Positions 9,006 through 17,700 of a stretch of DNA of 27,736 nucleotides are shown here, one piece after another. The position numbers and the translations under genes were made by a program. The notes beneath the pieces were generated by a model, which ran no database searches, had not been told where the DNA came from, and saw only the letters and a list, made by a program, of their open reading frames with translations. The stretch is from a candidate division WOR-3 bacterium. Its GTDB lineage: Bacteria > Hydrothermota > Hydrothermia > LBFQ01 > DSFT01. The stretch spans positions 1 to 27,736 of the forward strand of contig CBFGJN010000021.1 in assembly GCA_965649115.1 (NCBI GenBank), written 5' to 3'. The stretch's first letter is position 1, and every line of letters starts with the position of its first letter.

Positions 9006-9698
9006 ATGAAAGAAGTAAAAATTCTATTTGATAATCAGTATAAAACTTATGGCAAAAATCTTCCACAAATTTGGCTTTATTCAAATCTCATTGAAAACTA
9101 TTATTTGAGAAATATAATTGATTCTATTAAGCCAAAACTGATACTTGATGCTGGATGCGGCGTTGGTCTAAAACTTGAAAATTTAAGAAATTACAATGTT
9201 ATTGGATTTGATTATTCATTTGAAGCTGTGAAAATTTGTAAGAATGATAAATTCAAAGTTGTTCAAGCAAGTGTTCATCAAATCCCATTCAAAAATGAGA
9301 TATTTGATTTTGTATTTTCTTTTCAAGTTATACAACATCTTCCAAATTGGGATTATATTAGCTTAGCTTTTAAAGAAATTTCAAGAGTTTTAAAAAAGGA
9401 TGGATATTTTTTAACAATAAATTATAGACTTGGTGGAAGATTAAAAGAAAGATATATGCCTATTAAAGAGGATGATAAAACATTACATAGATGGGCATTT
9501 GATTTTAAAGATTATGAAAACCTAGCAAAAGAAAATCATTTAGAAATTATAAAAATTGGAACAATTTTAAATTTAAAACCAAAAGGTATTGGAAAATTTC
9601 CATTTTTAAAGAAGTTTTATCAGTTTGCTGACTATCAAATGTTTAAATTTGGTTATAAAAGAGGCCTTTATTTAATTGGTTTATTTAGAAAGATATAA
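9006..9698 (+). CDS. Class I SAM-dependent methyltransferase
   Basis: ILDAGCGVG, GFDYS, IPFKNEIFDFV and EISRVLKKDG motifs. Confidence 0.9.
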   Translation: MKEVKILFDNQYKTYGKNLPQIWLYSNLIENYYLRNIIDSIKPKLILDAGCGVGLKLENLRNYNVIGFDYSFEAVKICKNDKFKVVQASVHQIPFKNEIFDFVFSFQVIQHLPNWDYISLAFKEISRVLKKDGYFLTINYRLGGRLKERYMPIKEDDKTLHRWAFDFKDYENLAKENHLEIIKIGTILNLKPKGIGKFPFLKKFYQFADYQMFKFGYKRGLYLIGLFRKI

Positions 9699-9824
9699 AT
9701 TCTTAATATATTCCTTGATTTTATTGGGGTAAGGCTAAAAAGTATAGCTTTAAGTCTTTGATTATAGATATAGGATGGGACAAAGCAAAAAACTTTTTAT
9801 CTATCCTTTAAAATTTTAAAACTT

Positions 9825-11276
9825 ATGAAGAAAAAACTGTTAATCATTTCCATCTTAGTGCTTAGTGGAATAGCAATTGGAATGGTAATAAGTTCAAACT
9901 TAAATATCTTCAATAAGGCAGTTGCACAAACTAACCAAACTGAACAAACTCCTCAAAAAACACTATCAGATATTCAAGAAGGATTTACACAAATTGCACA
10001 AACTGCAATACCAAGCGTTGTAAATATATCCGCTACTAATCAAAAAAGAATCAAAAGTTCAAGTGAATTTGAAGAATTTTTCAAAAAGTTTTTTGGAGAA
10101 CCATTTGAATTTCCTGAAATACCAAGGAGTTCTCTTGGTTCTGGATTTATATTTAGAAAAGATGGAAACACCTATTATGTAATGACAAACCATCATGTTA
10201 TTAAGGACGGGGATCAAATAAAAATTACATTAAGTGATGGAACAACAATAGAAAATGTAAAAATTGTAGGTTCTGATCCAAGAACTGACATAGCAGTTTT
10301 GAAATTTGAAAGTAAGAAAGATTTACCTGTTTTAAAACTTGGAAATTCAGATGAGGTAAAAGTTGGTCAATGGGCAATAGCAATAGGTAGTCCCTTTGGT
10401 CTATCTTCAACAGTCACAGTTGGAATAATTAGTTCAGTTCACAGAAAAAATATAGCACTTCCAGAAGGACCAGATTACCAAGATTTCTTACAAACTGATG
10501 CAGCAATAAACCCAGGAAATAGTGGAGGACCATTATTAAACATTAAAGGTGAGGTAATAGGTGTCAATACAGCTATTGCTACACCAACGGGAGCATTCGC
10601 AGGAATTGGTTTCGCTGTTCCTATAAACTTAGCAAAAAATGTTGCAGAGCAACTCATTTCAAAAGGAAAAATAGAAAGAGGATACTTAGGTATTAGAATT
10701 CAAGATTTAACACCAGAATTGGCACAAGCAATGGGTTTAAAGGAAGAGGGTGGAGCAGTTGTAAATCAAGTAATAAAAGGCGAAGCAGCTGACAAGGCAG
10801 GAATAAAAGAAGGCGATGTTATTGTTGAAGTTGATGGGAAAAAAGTTAAAGATGCTAATGATTTAAGATTATATATCGGTTCTTTACCACCTGGAAAAGA
10901 AGTTCAATTGAAAATTTATAGAGATAAAAAATTCTTAACACTAAAAGTTAAACTTGGAAAAATGCCCGAACAATTATCACAAGCCCCATCAATTGAAGAA
11001 GAAAGTCAAGAAACTTCAAAGACATCAAGTTGGCTTGGAATGACGGTTATTGAAAGAGATAATAATGTTGTTGTAGTATCTTCAAAAGATAAAGCATTTG
11101 AAATGGGCATAAGAGAAGGAGATATTATTAGAAAAATTGGAGATGTAGAAATAAATTCACTAAATGATTTTGAAGATGCCAAAAAGAAATACGAAAAATC
11201 TGATAAACCTGTTCTAATAGTTGTTGAAAAAGATGGGGTAAAAAGATTCTTAGCAATCACACCAAGTTCAAGTTAA
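9825..11276 (+). CDS. degP: DegP/HtrA (Do family) periplasmic serine protease with two PDZ domains
   Basis: Signal/TM N-terminus, GSGFI, TNHHV, DIAVLK, QTDAAINPGNSGGPL and two PDZ regions. Confidence 0.93.
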   Translation: MKKKLLIISILVLSGIAIGMVISSNLNIFNKAVAQTNQTEQTPQKTLSDIQEGFTQIAQTAIPSVVNISATNQKRIKSSSEFEEFFKKFFGEPFEFPEIPRSSLGSGFIFRKDGNTYYVMTNHHVIKDGDQIKITLSDGTTIENVKIVGSDPRTDIAVLKFESKKDLPVLKLGNSDEVKVGQWAIAIGSPFGLSSTVTVGIISSVHRKNIALPEGPDYQDFLQTDAAINPGNSGGPLLNIKGEVIGVNTAIATPTGAFAGIGFAVPINLAKNVAEQLISKGKIERGYLGIRIQDLTPELAQAMGLKEEGGAVVNQVIKGEAADKAGIKEGDVIVEVDGKKVKDANDLRLYIGSLPPGKEVQLKIYRDKKFLTLKVKLGKMPEQLSQAPSIEEESQETSKTSSWLGMTVIERDNNVVVVSSKDKAFEMGIREGDIIRKIGDVEINSLNDFEDAKKKYEKSDKPVLIVVEKDGVKRFLAITPSSS

Positions 11277-12073
11277 TGCGAAAATTACTAATTCTAACAA
11301 TAATTTTAACAATTTTTTTATTAACACTTGGTGTAATAACATCAGCATTTGGTGCATGTCTTGGTTGTCCTGATTGGCCATTATGTTATGGCAGTATCCT
11401 ACCACCAGAAACTATAACCGCTAAACTTGAATACTATCATAGAATTTTTGCTGGAATTGTAGGAATTTTATCATTTATAATAGCTATTGGCTATTATAAA
11501 AATCAAAAAAAACTATCAACTTTACTTATAATTTTAATAACTTCACAAATTCTGCTTGGGGGTTTAACCGTCCTCTTAAAAATGCCTTTCATTATATCGA
11601 TCTCACATGCTATTCTTGGAATTTTAACATATATAACATTAATTCTATTACTTAAAGAGAATTTTAATTTTGAAAAAAATTTTTGGACATTAGCATTTAT
11701 ATTAACTTTTATCTATTATATATGGGGAGCAATTGTTGATAAAACAGCATCAAGTTTAGCCTGTGAAAATATCCTCTGCATCTCTTCAAATCTAACTGAA
11801 ACAAAAGTTATCATTCAATTAATATATCAACTAATTGGTTTATCAATAATTTCCATATCTTTAATTTCAATTTATAAATTTAATTTAAAAAAGTTAATTT
11901 TTCTTATTCTTGCTATCCTTCTTTTCATTTTAAATTATCTTATTATAAAAAGTTTATTAAGCGTTTCTATGATTACTGCTCATTACTTAATTTTGTTAAT
12001 TACTTTAAGTTTCGCACTAACAAATTCAATTAAAAAAGTAGAATTAAGAAACCTAAAAACATCAGAAATTTAA
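11276..12073 (+). CDS. COX15/CtaA heme A synthase family membrane protein (divergent)
   Basis: GACLGCPDWPLC, EYYHR and SHA motifs; about 8 TM helices. Confidence 0.7.
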   Translation: MRKLLILTIILTIFLLTLGVITSAFGACLGCPDWPLCYGSILPPETITAKLEYYHRIFAGIVGILSFIIAIGYYKNQKKLSTLLIILITSQILLGGLTVLLKMPFIISISHAILGILTYITLILLLKENFNFEKNFWTLAFILTFIYYIWGAIVDKTASSLACENILCISSNLTETKVIIQLIYQLIGLSIISISLISIYKFNLKKLIFLILAILLFILNYLIIKSLLSVSMITAHYLILLITLSFALTNSIKKVELRNLKTSEI

Positions 12074-12758
12074 GAATTTTTGAAAGAATTCTTTCGGAAA
12101 ATAAATCTAAAAGGTAAAAAAAGAAAATTATTCCCGTAAAAATTCCATATAAAAAAAAGTAAAAATTACTTAAAGTGATTGAAGCAAAAATCAAAGATAA
12201 AAATAAAAAAATTAGCAAAAACCTTAATAAAATTCTCGTTTTATTTTTTGAAATAGAAATAGCTATTGTATTTCTAAATCCAAAATCATAATCATAATCA
12301 ATGTAGCTTTTCACAATCTCCCTTATAACATTAAAAAGAAATGAAAAAATTATTAAATAAAATAATTCCTTTTTAAAACCAAAAACAATTCCCAAACTTG
12401 AAACACCTATTGAAATAATCAAACTTGTAATTAAAAATCCAAAAGGCTTTTTACTTCCAAAAATGTTATAATAACTAATTAAAATAAACATCAATAAAAA
12501 TAAAAGAAAAAGCTTTATTTCAATAAAAAAAGAAATGATAAGTGAAACAAATAAAATCAAAAACTGATAAAAAGGACTTAAAATTACTCTTTTTATACCC
12601 TTTTTAGCATCAATTTCTTTATCAAAATAATCATTTTGTAAATTAGCAAAAATTATCAAAAATGATGAAGATATAGCAAACAGTAAAGTTTTTATTGAAA
12701 TTTTATGAGCATATAACAAAATTAACAAAATTGTAATAACAACATTTAAAAATCGCAT
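12030..12758 (-). CDS. UbiA family prenyltransferase, DGGGP synthase-like
   Basis: NDYFDKEID first Asp-rich motif; REIVKSYIDYDYD resembles the REIIKDIED..GD second motif; polytopic membrane protein. Confidence 0.7.
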   Translation of the reverse strand: MRFLNVVITILLILLYAHKISIKTLLFAISSSFLIIFANLQNDYFDKEIDAKKGIKRVILSPFYQFLILFVSLIISFFIEIKLFLLFLLMFILISYYNIFGSKKPFGFLITSLIISIGVSSLGIVFGFKKELFYLIIFSFLFNVIREIVKSYIDYDYDFGFRNTIAISISKNKTRILLRFLLIFLFLSLIFASITLSNFYFFLYGIFTGIIFFFYLLDLFSERILSKILKFLMFLGFLILLF

Positions 12759-12761
12759 CTA

Positions 12762-14696
12762 TTAAATAAAATATAAAAATCCTTTTTTCAAGAGTTCTTT
12801 ATAATCCTCTTTACTTAAATGTATAAAATTCAAGAATTTATCAGCATAATGAACAGGAGCAGGACATTTAATACTCATATATTCATAATTCACGGAAGAA
12901 TAATTTAATCTTGTTAAATTGTATAAAATTTGAATAATTTCTTCATTTAATTGAATTTTATTAATTTGACCATTTTTTATTAAATAAACTTGCTCAATTT
13001 TCAAGGGTTTTTCATTTTTTGTATTTTTTATTTTATGGGGAAGCAAGAAAATTAATTTACCAAAATTTAAGTAAATCCCATAGTCAGAACTATTTAGGAA
13101 AGTTAAATGATTTTTAATAATTCCAATAATTAAAATTTCACAAAGATAATCTCTTGAAATTTCATCTAATTTTTCTAATTCATCCTCATAAATTCTACCA
13201 TCTCTTAATATCAAAAATTTCCTATTTTCCAATTGAATATATTCTTTATTTTTTAATTTTTCAATAATAAAATTTATGTTAATTTTTTCACCTTTTTGAG
13301 GAATTGATATTGGAACAATAGTTTTTAAAATACCCGATGAATCATAAATGATAGCACATCCTCCATAATTAACATTTTCTTTTCTACTAACATCAAGTCC
13401 AATTATATAATCATAAGGAACTTTACTTTCAAGAGCAAAATATCTAATTCCAATTTTATGTGATATTTGAAAAATGATATTTCTTTTAGCATATTCCCAA
13501 TTCTTTGAATTTATTGTTTCAATATCTACAAATTGAGAAATATAATTTTTTTCTAATAAACCAACTTTTATTTTTTCATAATTATTTGTTCCAAAAATAA
13601 TAGCAAGACCAAAGTTATTTGCTTTTTGAATTCTATCTAAAATTTTATCCTCAAATCTAATAAATTCAGTATCAAAATTAATTTGAAATTTTTCTCTAAG
13701 TTCATTTAATAAATTTTGTGCTTCTGATTTTAAATTTATATCATTCATTATAATATAGGTTTTTATTGTTTCACCTTTTAAAGGATTTTCATATGGATAG
13801 TAAGAAAAAATTTTATTTGTTGCTTTAATTTCTTTATTGTTTCCTTCTTTATCCTTGACAATTAAATTAGGTAATTTTAGTTTTTTAGAAGGCAATTTCA
13901 ATGGTTCTTTTTCTACAAATGATAATTTTTTAACAATATCAATAATTTTTTTCATTCTCTCTTCATTAGAAATTCTTATTTCTTTCATAATTTTTCTTGA
14001 AATATCAGTTCGCTTAATATCAGAGAAATTAAAAACTTTATAGCAAAATTGAGGTAAATAAGGATAATCATTTTCTGCAAGAATTATCTGTTGTTCGCAA
14101 TTAATTTCTTCAAAAATTTCATATTTTTCTTTTAGATATTTTTCAATTTCCTTTATTTTATCTTTATTATTTGGCAATTTCTCTTTAACTTCATGAACCC
14201 TACTTTTGTTATATTTAAATATAAATCTATCGCCTTCTTTAAAATCTGTTTCAAGCATAGATTTTTTTAAACAAATTCTATATTTAAAATTTAAATTCAA
14301 ATAAAAATTATCTTTTTCTTTCAAAATATCAAACTTAACATAAGGAATAATTACATAATTTTCAATATAAATTTCTTTAAATTTTGAAAATAATTTTTCT
14401 GAAAGAGAATAACCATATCGTAAATAACCTTCTATATGATTTTGTGTTATTTTAGATTTATTTAAGTTTTCCTCCCTTATAGGTTTTAATCCAGATTTAT
14501 TTCCTAAGGGAAAAATTGTGGAAATGATTTTTTTATCTTCATCTTCAACATTTCCATAGTGTTTTAACCTATAAAAGGTCTTTTTTCCTTCCTCCTCATT
14601 TAAAATTATTTGGTAATAATAAAATTTTTTTAAGTTATTATCATTGATAAGAGCTTCCATATTTATTTTAAATAAATTGAGTTGAACTTCTTTCAT
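12762..14696 (-). CDS. ago: Long prokaryotic Argonaute (pAgo), predicted active slicer
   Basis: PIWI motifs DYIIGLD(435), GE(470), LRD(499)G, PAPVHYAD(619); MID Y373/K377/Q388/K414; YPYLPQFC PAZ-end motif; C-terminal GFLYFI. Confidence 0.93.
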   Translation of the reverse strand: MKEVQLNLFKINMEALINDNNLKKFYYYQIILNEEEGKKTFYRLKHYGNVEDEDKKIISTIFPLGNKSGLKPIREENLNKSKITQNHIEGYLRYGYSLSEKLFSKFKEIYIENYVIIPYVKFDILKEKDNFYLNLNFKYRICLKKSMLETDFKEGDRFIFKYNKSRVHEVKEKLPNNKDKIKEIEKYLKEKYEIFEEINCEQQIILAENDYPYLPQFCYKVFNFSDIKRTDISRKIMKEIRISNEERMKKIIDIVKKLSFVEKEPLKLPSKKLKLPNLIVKDKEGNNKEIKATNKIFSYYPYENPLKGETIKTYIIMNDINLKSEAQNLLNELREKFQINFDTEFIRFEDKILDRIQKANNFGLAIIFGTNNYEKIKVGLLEKNYISQFVDIETINSKNWEYAKRNIIFQISHKIGIRYFALESKVPYDYIIGLDVSRKENVNYGGCAIIYDSSGILKTIVPISIPQKGEKININFIIEKLKNKEYIQLENRKFLILRDGRIYEDELEKLDEISRDYLCEILIIGIIKNHLTFLNSSDYGIYLNFGKLIFLLPHKIKNTKNEKPLKIEQVYLIKNGQINKIQLNEEIIQILYNLTRLNYSSVNYEYMSIKCPAPVHYADKFLNFIHLSKEDYKELLKKGFLYFI

Positions 14697-14747
14697 ATTG
14701 AAATTTTAAAGTTTTAGGTAAATTTTTTATGCTTTATAATTTTAACT
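14697..14747. promoter_or_regulatory. Back-to-back -10-like promoters for ago and the C25 peptidase
   Basis: Minus-strand TAAAAT at 14703-14708, 6 nt from ATG; plus-strand TATAAT at 14735-14740, 7 nt from ATG. Confidence 0.65.
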
Positions 14748-17700
14748 ATGATTTTCTTTCTCTTAAATTTAACTTTCAATTATAATGACGAAACAATAAA
14801 AAAATTACCTGTTATTTTTGAAGATGGTTATCCTATTCTTCCTTACGACTTTAAAGTTATTGAAGTTCCAAACAACACAAAAAGTATCAAAATAAAAAAT
14901 TTAAGAATTCAAAGAAAGCTTTATAAATCTAATGTTATTCTTCAATACAACGATAAAATCTATTATTTTGATGAAAATCAAAATTTAAAAATAATTGATG
15001 TCCCAAGGGTTCAAATTGGAAATAAATTTCCAAAAGAAGTAGTTGAAGTTAAGTCAATAGGATATTATAGAAATGAGAAATTAACAACAATTTTTATTTA
15101 TCCAATAACTTATGAAAATGGAAATTTATATTTAAATGAAACCATAAGTTTTGATTTAGAATATGAACAATCACAAACAACTTATAACTTAAAGCCTCTT
15201 CCCGATAGTCTTGATTATTTAATTTTAACAATAAGTCTATTTAAAGAACCTTTTGATTCAATCGCTAAATTATCAATTATCAGAGGATTTAGAACATTAG
15301 TCGTTTATATTGATTCAATAAAAGATAATCCTCCAAAAATAAGGAATTTAATAATTTGGGCTTATAGAACATTTGGTATAAAATACGTCCTAATAGGTGG
15401 TGATGCCAGTATCATAAAACCTTGGCGATTCCAGGTAAATTACTATGATGCAGATCCAAACTTACCAACAGGTCCAGATATTCATACAGATTATCCTTAC
15501 TCAGCACTTGATGGAGATTACACAAATGGCTATAAATGGAAAATTGGTGATAGTATAATTGATCCTTATGCAGACATTGGTATAGGAAGATTACCAATAA
15601 CAAATGTTTATGAAGCATATAACTACTATTATAAGTTAAGAGATTGGACCTTCAATTTTGATGGAAACCCTAATGCTTTTGCTTGTCTTGAAGCTGAAAT
15701 TATGTATAATTATTTTGGAGGATATTGTGAAAATATCGTATCTGTTTCAAATATGCCAAGAATAATTAGACTATATGAGCCAAATTTTAATGGAGATTTG
15801 AAACCACAAACGTTATTTGATTCATTAAATATAAATAAGCCTCAATTTTTCTTCTATATTGGACATGCTAATGGTTTTATAATTACATCAAGTTATGCTA
15901 ATCCAACTTATTATGTTGGTTTTAATGAATTTTATAATATGAATTTCAATTATAATGCTCCATACATAGCAATGTTTGGGGGATGTTGGACAGGAGACTT
16001 AGAACACACTGCCTTAATAAAACAAATTCTACTAATGCCAAATAGAGGAGCTATTTTTGGAATTGGAGCAAGCAAGCTTGATAACACAGGTTCTGAAACA
16101 TCAAGAGGAATGGCTTTCTTTTTAGCGTTTAATAATTATAATGCGAAAACAATTGGAGATGCATATATTTATATGGTTATGAATTTTTCAGGTTCATTAT
16201 TTAGCACATATTCAAAACTTAATATGTTTGGAGATCCGACAATTGAACCATATTTAAATGGTAAAAATTACATAAATGCCAATTTCAATAGTTCATTTTC
16301 TGAATCACTTGTAGTAAATACAATTCCTAATTCAAGAGTTTTATTATATGATGGAGAAAACTATATTTTAGCAACCTCCGATAATAGCGGAAAAGCAATT
16401 TTAAGATATTCAAATTCAAGTCCAAAGACACTCTTACTCTCAATATCAAAACCAAGTTATGTTCCATATTATTCTTATGTTAATTATTATCCAAATAATG
16501 TAGTTTTAGATAGCATTACTTTAAATGCAGATTATTTAATTCCTTCAAACAACTATCAAATCAATTTTTATTTAAAGAATTTAAACACAAATAATCAATC
16601 AATAAACTTTAAAATTAAATTTAATAATGCTATTCCTGATAGTATATTTGGAAATCTAAATTTCAATCCTAATGAAGAAAAAACCATCAGTTATAACATA
16701 ACAATAAAACCCAACGCTAAAAATCTAATTGGAAAATTTTATATAAATGATAAACTTATTAGAAGTTTCTCATATTCCGTAGAAAAAGTAACTCTAAAAC
16801 TCGTTGGAGTAAAGTGGGAAAGTGATAGCATAGATTTAGATATATTTAACAATTCTAATGTTAATATCTACACTGTTGAATTAAAACTTCCTGATTTCGG
16901 AATAACTAAAATAATAGATTCCATAATTGCAAAAAACACAACAAATTATACAACAAAACTTCCAAGAATTTCAAATAATCCAAAATTAATAATTTCATAC
17001 GCAGGAAAACAAGACACATACCAATTGAATTTTCAATTACCACTTCCTTCAAATGACAGTTTTTATTTAATACCTCAAAGAGAAGGTATTTTAATAAAAT
17101 TTGATACAACAGATAATAACGCAAGGTTTTACAAAATTTATAGAAGTGAAATTCCTAATGGAAACTATAAATTTGTTGGAATAACTAATGATTTTGCCAA
17201 ATCATATATGGATTACATTGATAGTTTTAAAATTTATTATTATAAAATTTCAAGAATAGACTTTTATTATAATGAAGGACAAATCTCAAATTATAAATAT
17301 CAATCAAAAAATCCTGATTATAGCATTTATAAGCCAACTTATCTTCCAAATCAAGGAGAAGCACCACCTTTTATCTTAAATGACAGCTTTATTTTAGTTT
17401 TTAGTCCAATTTATATGAGTATTTATAATAATAGAGGTATTCCATTAGACGGTTATCCAAAAGAATTAAAATTCCAAGCATTTTCAGGAGTAGTTGCAGA
17501 TATTAATGGAGATGGTTTAGAAGAAGCTATTGTTTCCGCAAGAAAAGATAACAATTCATTTCTATTATCAGTTAATATAAATGAAATTGATACACTATTC
17601 TATTCAAATTTTATCGGTGATATATCAATTTATAATAAAGGTTTAATAATTGCTAACTTTTATAACGATTCACTTCCCGAAATAGCTCTAAAAACTTATT

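Noticed and set aside
7205..9790. Composite transposon carrying the GNAT and methyltransferase genes
   Set aside because: Repeat copies flank core genes equally often; there is no target duplication, transposase or visible compositional shift.
12030..12758. Calling the UbiA gene ctaB/cyoE because it neighbours ctaA
   Set aside because: It lacks the heme O synthase D..M.RT..RP motif, is convergent rather than operonic, and has a REIVK-type second motif.
12762..14696. Assignment to the CRISPR-associated 5'-OH-guide MpAgo clade because of similar length
   Set aside because: The MID pocket retains Y/K/Q/K phosphate-binding residues, the C-terminal motifs match MjAgo/PfAgo, and no cas genes are adjacent.
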